Assembly (NCBI GenBank): GCA_947452005.1
Contig: CANGBC010000008.1
Location: forward strand, 39,690-103,689
Length of the DNA: 64,000 nt
From: Beijerinckiaceae bacterium
GTDB lineage: Bacteria; Pseudomonadota; Alphaproteobacteria; Rhizobiales; Beijerinckiaceae
Direction of reading: 5' to 3'
Made by a program: the position numbers and the translations under genes. Positions 9,995-19,501 of the stretch are shown here, one piece after another. Numbering within the stretch: position 1 is the first letter of the stretch; every line of letters begins with the position of its first letter. The notes beneath the pieces are model-generated. The model searched no databases and had not been told where the DNA came from. It saw only the letters and a list, made by a program, of their open reading frames with translations.

Positions 9995-10237
9995 ATGGCC
10001 GAACATTCCACGCCCCATTTTCACAACCAGCCGGGTGTGCCCGTCGTGCGCGTGGGGGCCAAGGAATTCATGTGCATCGGTGCGCTGCCGCCCTTCGACC
10101 ATCCGCATATTTTCATCGATATGGGCGACGAGGCGGAAGCGGTCTGCCCCTATTGCTCGACCCTGTTCAAATATGAGCCTTCCTTGCATGGCCATGCGGA
10201 CCCCGCATCCTGCGAATGGAAACAGGCCGCGGCCTGA
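9995..10237 (+). CDS. zinc-finger (CHCC-type) domain protein
   Basis: EFMCIGALPPFDHPHIFIDMG...CPYCST. Confidence 0.9.
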   Translation: MAEHSTPHFHNQPGVPVVRVGAKEFMCIGALPPFDHPHIFIDMGDEAEAVCPYCSTLFKYEPSLHGHADPASCEWKQAAA

Positions 10238-10255
10238 CGCCCGCACGGGACGCAG

Positions 10256-11476
10256 GTGGCACGAGATCCTCACGAAAGACGACTTGCGCTGATTGCGGGC
10301 GCTGGCATTGGCGGCCTCACCGCCGCGCTCGCTTTGTCGCGCGCGGGTTTTCGCGTGGAGATTTTTGAGCGCGCCTCGGCACTCAATGAAGTGGGGGCCG
10401 GCATTCAGGTGCCGCCCAATGCATCGGGCATTCTCGCCGATCTGGGCGTGTTGCATCGCCTGAACGGCAAAGCGCTTGAGCCTGAGCGGCTGCGCGTGCG
10501 CAGTGGCGTCACCGGCTCCTCCCTGATGACACTGCCCTTTGGTCGCGAGGCGCGTCTGCGCTGGGATCATCCGATGCTGGTGGTTCATCGCGCCGATTTG
10601 CAAACAGCTTTGCTGGAGGCCATTGCCGAGGATCACAACATCCGCCTTGAACTCGATGCGCGCATTGAAAGTGTCACGACAGACCCGCGCGGTGCGCATC
10701 TCAGCTTTGTGCAGGGTGGCGAGGTTTCAGGCGATCTGCTGATCGGTGCTGATGGCGCACATTCCATTGTGCGGCGTGCCGCGCGTCTGGGTGGCGGGCC
10801 TGGCTATTCGGGCCGCGTTGCGTGGCGGGCACTGGTGCCTTCGAAAGATGCGCCAGCCTTTGCGCGCACCCCTGAGACAGCGCTGTGGCTGGGTGCCAAA
10901 ACACATCTCGTCCATTATCCGTTGCGCGGCGGCAGCCTGATCAACATTGTTGCCATCACTGAGGGCGAATGGCGGGGCGATGACGAGCATTTCTGGTCGA
11001 CCTCGGGCGATGCCAGCGACGTGCTGAAGGCCTTTCGCAATTGGGATACGTCAGCCCGCAAATTGCTGGAGAGCGTGCAGGAGTGGAAACGCTGGCCGCT
11101 GCTTGATGCCGAAGCCCTGCCGCGCTGGAGTGCGGGGCCGATCACGTTGCTCGGCGATGCCGCCCATCCGATGCTGCCGTTTTTCGCGCAAGGCGCGGCG
11201 CAGGCCATTGAAGATGCCGCAGCCCTTGGTGCCGCTTTTCGTCCGCGCGGCTGGCAGGAAGTGTCGATTGCGCGCGGCTTTGCCGATTATGAACGCAAAC
11301 GCAAAGCCCGCGCCACCCGCGTGCAGGAAGCATCGCGCAAACAGGGGATGATCTACCATCTCTCAGGCCCAGCCGCACTCGTGCGCGATATGGGCATGCG
11401 CGCGCTGCCCCCTGAGATGGTCAGCGCACGGTTCGATTGGCTTTATGAAGATCAGCGCGGCGCTCTCTTCACATAA
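10256..11476 (+). CDS. FAD-dependent monooxygenase (salicylate hydroxylase-like)
   Basis: GAGIGG, GADG, LLGDAAHPMLPFFAQGAAQAIEDA. Confidence 0.92.
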   Translation: MARDPHERRLALIAGAGIGGLTAALALSRAGFRVEIFERASALNEVGAGIQVPPNASGILADLGVLHRLNGKALEPERLRVRSGVTGSSLMTLPFGREARLRWDHPMLVVHRADLQTALLEAIAEDHNIRLELDARIESVTTDPRGAHLSFVQGGEVSGDLLIGADGAHSIVRRAARLGGGPGYSGRVAWRALVPSKDAPAFARTPETALWLGAKTHLVHYPLRGGSLINIVAITEGEWRGDDEHFWSTSGDASDVLKAFRNWDTSARKLLESVQEWKRWPLLDAEALPRWSAGPITLLGDAAHPMLPFFAQGAAQAIEDAAALGAAFRPRGWQEVSIARGFADYERKRKARATRVQEASRKQGMIYHLSGPAALVRDMGMRALPPEMVSARFDWLYEDQRGALFT

Positions 11477-12543
11477 TCGGCGAGAAATTCCCGCGTGCCG
11501 GTGGGCAAAGCCAATTGCTTGCGCACGCGCGCATTGACCTGATCACCCGTGACGAAATCAGGCACATAGCCCAGCGTCTTTTCAGCATCTGCCGCGTAAT
11601 CGGCATCTTTTTCCAACGCCACAATAGCATGGGTCAAAGCCTCACGCGCTTCTTTGGGCACGCCCGGTGGCATGACAATCAAACGCTGCATGGCGCCATT
11701 GGCGGCCAGAATGGTGCGATAGACATCCCACAATTGGCCAGACGGCGGCACGCCTTTGATCTTCTCGTAAAATTGGGGGAAGGACATCATGTCGACGCCT
11801 TCCATTTGCTTGGGTGTGCGAAAGGTTTCGCCATCGTAACCGGGATCATAAAACAGCGGGATCACTTCGCCTGTCTTCACCAGCGTGGGCTCGATCAGCG
11901 AGCGATAAGAGGGCGGCGATTCCGCGTAATAATTGATCTCGCCTTGCTGAAGGGCCAGACGCGCGGCTTGTGAGCCGCGATAGCTCGTCACATATTTATA
12001 TTTGAGGCCGAGCATATCGAGCCCCATGCGCAGCAACAGATCCTTGGCATTATCCGCACCAAGCCCGCCCGAGACCACACCTTCCGCGCGACCAAAATCC
12101 TGCGGCTTTTTCAATCCGGGCTTGATGTCGGTGCGGGCGAAATAAACGGTCGTGCCGGGCTGATAGGCGACGAATTCGTAATTCTTGAATTCAATGCGGC
12201 GCGGTGCGGGATCATTGATCGCGCGCCAGATTTGCCCTGTGAGATATCCGAAAGCTGTGCCATCGCGTGGCGCAATCTCGCCCAGCCAATTGGTGCCGAT
12301 GAGGCCGCCCGCACCATCCATATTCTGCACGATGAGACTGGCGGGCTGATCGAGATATTTGACAATATGTTTGGCAAACAGGCGGCCCTCAATATCGGTG
12401 GGGCCACCGGCGGCATAATTGATCATGATGGTGATGCGCTTGCCGCGAAAATAGCCATCGTCGGCTGCTGCCATCTGGGCGCTGGCCAGGCCCATGAGAA
12501 CAGCTGATAGCCCCAAGAGACGCGCGCCAAGCCGCATGCTCAT
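11452..12543 (-). CDS. Bug/TctC tripartite tricarboxylate transporter substrate-binding protein
   Basis: signal peptide, GKRITIMINYAAGGPTD, VQNMDGAGG, PRDG. Confidence 0.85.
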   Translation of the reverse strand: MSMRLGARLLGLSAVLMGLASAQMAAADDGYFRGKRITIMINYAAGGPTDIEGRLFAKHIVKYLDQPASLIVQNMDGAGGLIGTNWLGEIAPRDGTAFGYLTGQIWRAINDPAPRRIEFKNYEFVAYQPGTTVYFARTDIKPGLKKPQDFGRAEGVVSGGLGADNAKDLLLRMGLDMLGLKYKYVTSYRGSQAARLALQQGEINYYAESPPSYRSLIEPTLVKTGEVIPLFYDPGYDGETFRTPKQMEGVDMMSFPQFYEKIKGVPPSGQLWDVYRTILAANGAMQRLIVMPPGVPKEAREALTHAIVALEKDADYAADAEKTLGYVPDFVTGDQVNARVRKQLALPTGTREFLADYVKRAPR

Positions 12544-12657
12544 ACCTCCCCACACTCTTTTCTTTGTTGAGGACAGCTTGCAACGGAAGTGTCGGGCGAA
12601 CAAGACCCTCCCCGGCCCTTCCCATGGCCAGGTTTTCATGGAAAAACAGCCCCGCCT

Positions 12658-12739
12658 GCCCCCTTGATGGAATTGGTAGACATACAAGACTTAAAATCTT
12701 GGGCCTTCGGGCGTGCCGGTTCGATTCCGGCAGGGGGCA
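12658..12739 (+). tRNA. tRNA-Leu (TAA)
   Basis: acceptor GCCCCCT/AGGGGGC, D-loop TGGTAGAC, anticodon arm CAAGA-CTTAAAA-TCTTG, long variable arm, GGTTCGATTCC; CCA not encoded. Confidence 0.96.
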
Positions 12740-12750
12740 CGCTCTCAGGT

Positions 12751-12838
12751 CGTCATTGCGAGGAGGGCCTTGGCCCGACGCGGCGATCCATAAGCAACGC
12801 GTGAGGCTCTGGATTGCTTCGCTTGGCTCGCAATGACG
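12751..12838. repeat. palindromic element family A
   Basis: CGTCATTGCGAGGAG...CTGGATTGCTTCGCTTGGCTCGCAATGACG, 11 bp after the tRNA. Confidence 0.9.
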
Positions 12839-12856
12839 GCGCGGGTTGCGCGGCCC

Positions 12857-13357
12857 TCAGCCCTTCTCGCTCTTCGAGATCGGCGGCTGGAAAGCCAGAC
12901 CAAGATCCCACGGAAAATAAATCCACGTGTCCTGGCTAACTTCGGTCACGAATGTATCGACCAGCGGACGGCCCTGCGGCTTGGCGTAGACGGTGGCGAA
13001 ATGCGCGTTGGGCAGCATCTCGCGCACAACGCGCGCGGTGGCGCCTGTGTCGACGAGATCGTCGATCACCAGCACGCCTTTCCCGTCGCCATGTTTGACA
13101 ACATCGGGCGCAATGCTCTTGAGCACCTTCAGTCCGCCCTGCGTTGTGTAATCATGATAGCTAGCAATGCAGACTGTCTCGATCATGCGAATACCAAGCT
13201 CACGCGCGACAATAGCCGCTGGCACAAGCCCGCCACGTGTGATGCACACCATCGCGTCAAAAGGCCCCGCTTCCGCAAGACGCCAAGCGAGTGCGCGCGA
13301 GTCACGGTGAAACTGATCCCACGAGACAGGGAAAGCCTTGTTGTTTGGATCGGACAT
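12857..13357 (-). CDS. gpt: xanthine-guanine phosphoribosyltransferase
   Basis: [30 protein letters not shown]. Confidence 0.96.
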   Translation of the reverse strand: MSDPNNKAFPVSWDQFHRDSRALAWRLAEAGPFDAMVCITRGGLVPAAIVARELGIRMIETVCIASYHDYTTQGGLKVLKSIAPDVVKHGDGKGVLVIDDLVDTGATARVVREMLPNAHFATVYAKPQGRPLVDTFVTEVSQDTWIYFPWDLGLAFQPPISKSEKG

Positions 13358-13360
13358 GTC

Positions 13361-14107
13361 TTAGCCCTTCAGCTTGGCGCGCAGATCGGCCAGCATGGTT
13401 TCAATTTCGCCCACCGTCGCAGCAACCTCTTGGGGGTCGCGTCCACGCACGATGATCTGGTTGCGGAAAGCGCCATCGACATAGCTGGGATAAGAGCCAA
13501 TCGAGAGGCCCTCATGCGCCTTGGCAATATCGCCGAGCGGGGTTGCATATTGGCCTTCGGGCAGTCCTGCATCAATCGCATGCATGGTGAGCTTGACGCC
13601 CGTCTCCAGCGTCGGGGCCACGCTGTCGAGCATCGCCTGCATGATCATCGGCACACCGGCCATGGTGATCACATTGCCAATGCGAAAGCCGGGAATCTTG
13701 TTGACCGGATTGGGCACCAGATCTCCACCAAGCGGCACGCGCGCCATGCGGCGGCGCGCTTCGTTCAGATCTTCCGGCTTGATGCGCTCGAGCATGGCAT
13801 TGATGATGCGCTCGTCTTCATAAAGCTCGACACCAAAAGCCTGCGCCACTGCATCTGCGGTAATGTCATCATGGGTTGGGCCAATGCCGCCAGTTGTGAA
13901 CACATAAGTGTAGCGCGCACGCAAAGCATCCAGTGCTGCGACAATCTCCTCCATCACATCGGGGACGATGCGCACTTCGCTGAGGTCGATCCCGAGATTG
14001 GTCAGATAATCGGCGATATAGCCGATGTTCTTGTCCTTGGTTCGGCCTGAGAGGATCTCATCCCCGATGACAAGAATGGCGGCGGTGATGGCTTTGCTTG
14101 CGCTCAT
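13361..14107 (-). CDS. CinA-like molybdopterin-binding protein
   Basis: IGDEILSGRTKDKN, TTGGIGPTHDDIT; start at ATG 14107. Confidence 0.9.
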   Translation of the reverse strand: MSASKAITAAILVIGDEILSGRTKDKNIGYIADYLTNLGIDLSEVRIVPDVMEEIVAALDALRARYTYVFTTGGIGPTHDDITADAVAQAFGVELYEDERIINAMLERIKPEDLNEARRRMARVPLGGDLVPNPVNKIPGFRIGNVITMAGVPMIMQAMLDSVAPTLETGVKLTMHAIDAGLPEGQYATPLGDIAKAHEGLSIGSYPSYVDGAFRNQIIVRGRDPQEVAATVGEIETMLADLRAKLKG

Positions 14108-14195
14108 GGGTCTTTTCTCCGGCCCAAGGTTTAGGAACCCGCCCACCCTGATGGCAAGCGGAAAGGGCAAGCTTCAGAGGATTTCCCCTGCCCTG

Positions 14196-15032
14196 TCAGG
14201 CCCTTTGCCAGCCAATGTTTTCGCGTGAGCGGAGCACTTCGCGATAGCCATAGGCGGGCATCATGCGTTCCAGATCCACAGACCAACCCGCACGCGCACG
14301 CGCACACAGGATTAAACGGGGCCATAAATGGGGGGCGGCTTCGCGAAAGAACGGCTCGAGGATGACATCTTCAGCGCCAGACACGTCGATCTTCAACGCA
14401 TCAATCCGCTCATAAGTCTCGCTCGCCAGAATGGCCTTGAGTGTGCGCGCATGCACTTTCAGTGCCCCCCCCTGCGCATCACTGATGCGCACCGATGTGC
14501 GGCCCTGATTTTGTGCATCAAGAAATAGCGTGATCTCGCCTTCGCGATCAGCCACCGCGCAATCCAGCGCTTTGACTGTAGCAAAGGGATTTTGACGGAT
14601 GTTGTAAATGAGGCGTTCAAAAATCACCGGGTTTGGCTCAATCGCCAGAATTTGCGCCCGCGCGCCAGCCAGCCCCGCGATGAAAAGTGCATAGGCGCCA
14701 GCACTCGCGCCAATGTCGACGAAATGCAGATCCTCGCCCGCAACACTCATCAGCAAGGCGCGCTCGGCCGGATCGAAATAATGCGGCGTGAATAGCAAGC
14801 GCTTTTCGCAAGTGTTGTTGGCGGGATAGAGCCGCATGCGCGCGCCGAGCGCCTCCACATCCAGCGGCCGCCCGCCCAGCAATTGCACGCCCAGACTGCG
14901 CAGAACCAAGGCGCGCCGCACCCCGGCCCAGCTGGTCGGGCACGCACGGGTCATCTCCAGAATCGCACGCGCCAGCCCCGACGGGGCGTGCCGGCCAAAA
15001 GGAGACAGATCGTTGACGATGGCCCTGTTCAT
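14196..15032 (-). CDS. FkbM-family methyltransferase
   Basis: FVDIGASAG, AIEPNP, LKIDVSGAE; start at ATG 15032. Confidence 0.85.
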   Translation of the reverse strand: MNRAIVNDLSPFGRHAPSGLARAILEMTRACPTSWAGVRRALVLRSLGVQLLGGRPLDVEALGARMRLYPANNTCEKRLLFTPHYFDPAERALLMSVAGEDLHFVDIGASAGAYALFIAGLAGARAQILAIEPNPVIFERLIYNIRQNPFATVKALDCAVADREGEITLFLDAQNQGRTSVRISDAQGGALKVHARTLKAILASETYERIDALKIDVSGAEDVILEPFFREAAPHLWPRLILCARARAGWSVDLERMMPAYGYREVLRSRENIGWQRA

Positions 15033-15238
15033 GCTCCGCCCGGGACAGAAGACGCTCGCACCCCTTTGGATTAAAGGCGTTTTCTCGTCTGGACCGCCTT
15101 GTAACACGGGGACCCGGGCAAATGCCAGAGAGGAGGCGATCCGCACTTGCGCGGGAGGCCAACATGCTTAGATTCGAGCCATGTCCTGCGCCGCATGTCT
15201 TGACCATGGGGGCGCCTCCTCTTGCCAATGGAAAAACC

Positions 15239-16066
15239 ATGACTTTCGTGGAAGCGACCGAAGTACCGGGTCGCAAGACGGGCCAGATCAAATTGCATGG
15301 ACCGGAGGCCTTTGCTGCCATGCGCAAAGCCGGCCGTCTGACGGCTGAAGCTCTCGACATGCTTGTTGGGCAGGTTGAGCCCGGCGTGACCACGCTGGCG
15401 CTCGACAAGATCTGTTTTGAATTTGCCATGGACCATGGCGCCTACCCAGCACCACTCAATTATCGCGGCTACCGCAAATCCATCTGCACATCGATCAACC
15501 ATGTCGTGTGCCATGGCATTCCCGACGACAAGCCGTTGCGCGATGGCGACATTGTCAACATCGATGTCACCTTGATTGTCGATGGCTGGCATGGCGATTC
15601 CAGCCGCATGTATAATGTTGGCAATGTGCCGCGTCGCGCCGAGCGCCTCGTGGAAGTCACCTATGAAGCGATGATGCGCGGCATTGCCATGGTCAAGCCG
15701 GGCAATACGACGGGCGATATTGGCGCAGCAATTCAAGAATTCGCCGAAGCCGAGCGCTGCTCCGTGGTGCGTGAATTCTGCGGCCATGGCCTTGGCCGTC
15801 TGTTTCATGACGAGCCCAACATTCTCCACTACGGACGTTATGGCGACGGCGTGGTGCTGAAGCCTGGCATGTTCTTCACCATTGAGCCGATGATCAATCT
15901 GGGTCGCCCGCATGTGAAAGTGCTGGCCGATGGCTGGACCGCCGTCACCCGCGACCGCTCGCTCACCGCGCAATTTGAACATACCGTTGGCGTGACGGAC
16001 GATGGCGTGGAAATTTTCACGCTTTCTCCGAAGGGGTACACCCAGCCGCCCTATTCCAAAAACTGA
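15239..16066 (+). CDS. map: type I methionine aminopeptidase
   Basis: CTSINHVVCHGIP, GWHGDSSR, FCGHGLG, FTIEPMIN, AQFEHT. Confidence 0.98.
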   Translation: MTFVEATEVPGRKTGQIKLHGPEAFAAMRKAGRLTAEALDMLVGQVEPGVTTLALDKICFEFAMDHGAYPAPLNYRGYRKSICTSINHVVCHGIPDDKPLRDGDIVNIDVTLIVDGWHGDSSRMYNVGNVPRRAERLVEVTYEAMMRGIAMVKPGNTTGDIGAAIQEFAEAERCSVVREFCGHGLGRLFHDEPNILHYGRYGDGVVLKPGMFFTIEPMINLGRPHVKVLADGWTAVTRDRSLTAQFEHTVGVTDDGVEIFTLSPKGYTQPPYSKN

Positions 16067-16118
16067 ACAACCACGACAAAAAGAGCGGCAGGCAAGTCTC
16101 CTACCTTGCCTACGCGCT

Positions 16119-16231
16119 ATTTGGGTTCGTTCTGTCAATTTTGGATAGGCATTTTGATCGCTGTAATCATCGCGCTACCCATCCGAACTTTTGATCAGCA
16201 CTCGCTCATCATTTTGGTTCGTTCTGTCAAT
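16119..16231. repeat. two 21-bp direct repeats ATTT(G/T)GGTTCGTTCTGTCAAT
   Basis: copies at 16119-16139 and 16211-16231, one mismatch. Confidence 0.85.
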
Positions 16232-16650
16232 CTTAAGTGGGCCTCGCTCAGCCTACGAGCGGCTTTCTTCCATTTGGAAAAGGCACGTCCTTCGTAGCGT
16301 TCGCATGAAGCCGCCAGCCTTATCGCCTTTTTGAAAGCTAAGGGCTGATCGAGCTTTTCAGATGCCTGACGCATTGCAATCTGCTTAGCCTGACGAACCA
16401 TTTGAAGATTGAGCTGAGCGTGAGCGGCCACATCGGCCGCTGACTTGAGATCAGGATCGGCCTCGCACCCTCCCAGAAGTTTCATCAAATCATCGTAGAG
16501 ACGATGATCCGAAGGACCCAGCGAGATGGGCAGAGATAGACCGAGCTTCGTCGAATTTCGTGACGATCTCGACTTCCCTTCCTGTGTGCGAGGACCGCGG
16601 CTCTTCTTACCATTGACTCTAGCGGCATCAGCCTTTTTGGGACTAGTCAT
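16195..16650 (-). CDS. hypothetical protein with basic N-terminal N-x-KKS-x-GPRT-x-EGK-x-RS motif
   Basis: MTSPKKADAARVNGKKSRGPRTQEGKSRSSRNSTKLGL; start overlaps the upstream gene's stop. Confidence 0.75.
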   Translation of the reverse strand: MTSPKKADAARVNGKKSRGPRTQEGKSRSSRNSTKLGLSLPISLGPSDHRLYDDLMKLLGGCEADPDLKSAADVAAHAQLNLQMVRQAKQIAMRQASEKLDQPLAFKKAIRLAASCERYEGRAFSKWKKAARRLSEAHLRLTERTKMMSEC

Positions 16651-17239
16651 TTGCAACCACCGAACCCGCGATGTTCTTGAAACCACCTTCAATGGCGCCG
16701 CGCTTAGCCTGTCGGTCTCGATAAAGCTGTAGCTCCTTAATCGCACTGTCCTTACGCATTTCAGCTGCATGTAAGAGATGGTCCAATGCAGACATTGCCT
16801 CAATGTTAAAAAACACAGTATTCGCTTCGATATGTTCGTAAGATCGCTCAACTGGACTAACGAGGTCTAAGATCTTCTTTTCCGCCTCTGGCTCACGCCT
16901 CATCCATTGGGAAAGTAACGTGTCTGTGCCAACCGGCGAGCCGTGATTCATGCGCATGAATAGGTTCAGAGCGTATTTTTCTCTTGTTTCTAAAACGCGA
17001 GCCTTCCAACGCCGCAAACGGAGTATGTCGAATAAATGTTCGACGATTTCTCGTGTCCATATTTCTTCAAAAATATCCTGTGGATTGATGTGAGCAATCA
17101 ACGCGCTTTCTAGTCGATTGAATTGTTCCTCGTCGTCACCAGCCAACAAATTTGGTGACCCGAGGACTTGATCAATTTTTTCCCGGAGTGCAGGTGCGGC
17201 GGTAGAAAGGGAAGCTTTGGAAGCAGGTGCTTTTTTCAT
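16643..17239 (-). CDS. hypothetical helical protein
   Basis: 198 aa; PNLLAGDDEEQF...INPQDIFEEIWTREIVEHLFDILRLRRWK resembles an uncharacterised rhizobial family (recalled). Confidence 0.75.
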   Translation of the reverse strand: MKKAPASKASLSTAAPALREKIDQVLGSPNLLAGDDEEQFNRLESALIAHINPQDIFEEIWTREIVEHLFDILRLRRWKARVLETREKYALNLFMRMNHGSPVGTDTLLSQWMRREPEAEKKILDLVSPVERSYEHIEANTVFFNIEAMSALDHLLHAAEMRKDSAIKELQLYRDRQAKRGAIEGGFKNIAGSVVAND

Positions 17240-17521
17240 CGGTGGGACCTAGAACAGGTTTTCTTCCCGCAACACCACGTTGCTGGATCGAGAACGCTGC
17301 CCTGCCTCACACCGGGGAGTTGGCCGCACGGAAAGAACGATATCTATTTAAAGAACAGCCACACCGAGGGCCGCGTCTTCCACAAAAAAATCAACATGAA
17401 GCGGCCATAGCGGTCAAGCAAAAAAATAAAAAGTCCCAAGTTGAAAAATCGCTAATTAAAAAGAGCCGGAAACGAATATCAGAGGGAATGCGGATATCTA
17501 AAGTCAGGGCTGAAGATCTCA

Positions 17522-17758
17522 TCAAAGTTTAAGACGGACACCATGTCCCTTCGATGTGTTCAAAAATTCAATGTCCGCATCAATTAGCGCACTAATGATT
17601 TTTGACGCTGAATTATTATTTTCCAACAGGATTCCGGGCACGGCCTCTAGCCGCCGGAGGGTGGCCACACCAACGCCCGCGCGCTTCGCGAGCTCCACTT
17701 GATCCCACTCAAGAAGCATGCGCGCGGCCTTAATTTGTTGAGTTGTGATATTTTTCAT
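17522..17758 (-). CDS. XRE-family HTH regulator
   Basis: QIKAARMLLEWDQVELAKRAGVGVATLRRLE...GVRL. Confidence 0.88.
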   Translation of the reverse strand: MKNITTQQIKAARMLLEWDQVELAKRAGVGVATLRRLEAVPGILLENNNSASKIISALIDADIEFLNTSKGHGVRLKL

Positions 17759-17832
17759 ATCAAAATAATTGACGATGCCCTGAGCAGGTGATATTAAAAA
17801 TATCATCTGCTTGGATGGAAAGAGTTTTCCAA

Positions 17833-18336
17833 ATGAACGCTACAGTTAGAATTGAACGCACCCGTTTTGTCGAACTCCGCCGCCGGCTGCTTGAGCTGCA
17901 TCCGGAACTGGATGCCCAAACCCTAGCCGACACGCTGGAAGGCGCAACTGATTTCAAGGAGGCGATTGCCGCTTTGATCCGTTCTGCACTGGAAGATGAG
18001 TGTCTGGCCAAGGCTCTCAAGGAACGGCTGGATCAAATGAAGGGCAGATTGAGCCGCTTGGAGACCAGAGCATCGAGCAAAAGGCAGCTCGCCGTTGAGA
18101 ATATGGAGGCCGCAAATCTGCGAAAGCTCCAACAGCCCGATTTCACTGCGTCCGTCCGCCTGGGGCCGCCATCCGTCACCATTGTGAGCGAAGACGAGCT
18201 GCCCATCGATTATTTACTCCCCCAGCCACCAAAGGCAGATAGGCGTGCAATTCTGGAAGCTCTGAGTGGCGGTGCTCTCATCAAGGGCGCAGTTCTATCC
18301 CAGCCCAAGATCTCCCTATCAGTCCGGAGCCAGTGA
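17833..18336 (+). CDS. siphovirus Gp157-family protein
   Basis: TLADTLEG, central coiled coil, FTASVR...SVTIVSEDELPIDY...GAVLS. Confidence 0.8.
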   Translation: MNATVRIERTRFVELRRRLLELHPELDAQTLADTLEGATDFKEAIAALIRSALEDECLAKALKERLDQMKGRLSRLETRASSKRQLAVENMEAANLRKLQQPDFTASVRLGPPSVTIVSEDELPIDYLLPQPPKADRRAILEALSGGALIKGAVLSQPKISLSVRSQ

Positions 18337-18337
18337 C

Positions 18338-19309
18338 ATGCCCTTCACTGACAACCAATTGCGCTTGTTGCGTGCCCCCGTACGACCGCAATTCGTCAAA
18401 AAGCGCGAGGTTGAAGGTAAAGTCCTTCATTATCTCGAGGGCTGGCACGTGGTCTCAGAGGCCAATCGCATCTTTGGCTTTGACGGATGGGATCGAGAAA
18501 CGATCCAAAGCCAATGTGTCTGGCAAAAGCAGATCGATTACCGTTATGCCGCGGCTTACCTAACGAGGGTCCGGATTACCGTGAGAGCCGGAGACAGGAC
18601 TATCCAGCGGGAGGGGCTAGGTTCCGGAGAGGCAGTTGGACAGACTGCTGGCCAGGCCCATGAACGCGCCAGCAAAGCCGCGGAGACTGACGCCACAAAG
18701 CGTGCCCTATCAACCTTCGGCAATTCCTTCGGGCTCTCCCTCTATCGAGACAAGACGGAACCGCCTCAGGCCAAGACAGCCCGGAAGCCCCCTTGCAAGA
18801 AATCATCCGTAGAACCCAACATCACACCAGACACAGTGAACCATGACGATTTAGGCGCAACGCTCGATCCCGAGCATGACCCTACCCTCATATCTGAAAG
18901 CACCTTCCAACAACCTACCGGCTTACAGCCTATGGTCGAGGCCTCGCTGCCTGCATGGTTGCCAGCAGGATCCAACGTACCTCCACCAAGAACCACAAGC
19001 CTGCCGCAGCGGATTGAAAAATCGGCCCTGCTCTTGTCCGAGCCTAAACGCATTCGCAACCGTGAACATCTGCGCTTTGTTGCATCCCAACCTTGCCTCG
19101 TCTGCGCACGCATACCATCGCAGGCACATCACCTGCGATTTGCGCAACCGCGCTCCCTCGGTCGTAAGGTCTCAGACGAATTTACCGTGCCGCTCTGCGC
19201 CACTCACCATCATCAGCTCCACATGCGCGGAAACGAAAAAGATTGGTGGGCTGAAAAACAAATCGAGCCGCTTTCCGTTGCGGAAGATCTATGGAAACAA
19301 ACGACGTAG
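18338..19309 (+). CDS. Rad52/Rad22 (Sak-like) single-strand annealing protein with C-terminal DUF968-like Cys/His domain
   Basis: YLEGWHVVSEANRIFGFDGWD, KAAETDATKRALSTFGNSFGLSLY; C-terminal PCLVC...HHL...KVSDEFTVPLCATHH. Confidence 0.85.
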   Translation: MPFTDNQLRLLRAPVRPQFVKKREVEGKVLHYLEGWHVVSEANRIFGFDGWDRETIQSQCVWQKQIDYRYAAAYLTRVRITVRAGDRTIQREGLGSGEAVGQTAGQAHERASKAAETDATKRALSTFGNSFGLSLYRDKTEPPQAKTARKPPCKKSSVEPNITPDTVNHDDLGATLDPEHDPTLISESTFQQPTGLQPMVEASLPAWLPAGSNVPPPRTTSLPQRIEKSALLLSEPKRIRNREHLRFVASQPCLVCARIPSQAHHLRFAQPRSLGRKVSDEFTVPLCATHHHQLHMRGNEKDWWAEKQIEPLSVAEDLWKQTT

Positions 19310-19457
19310 CCGAGGTATCAGTAATTTAGCTGCTGCGAGCACTGAGACCGCTGAGAATACGACCGACGCGACAAAGTGAGCGCAAAACTAAAGAAACCCA
19401 TAGTCGAAATCCTAAAAAACATCAGGGGCAGCTATCCAATGTCGAAAAAAATCAAGT

Positions 19458-19476
19458 CATTTCGAGGGGCAGGCCA
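19458..19476. mobile_element. isolated IS3-family terminal inverted repeat (right-end orientation)
   Basis: CATTTCGAGGGGCAGGCCA is 16/19 complementary to the IS end at 22892 (first 11 bp exact). Confidence 0.5.
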
Positions 19477-19501
19477 TTGCGTATCAAAAAAGTGAATATA
19501 A

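Noticed and set aside
12658-12838. tRNA-Leu as an integration site
   Set aside because: No integrase and no duplicated tRNA 3' end in the window; gpt follows directly.
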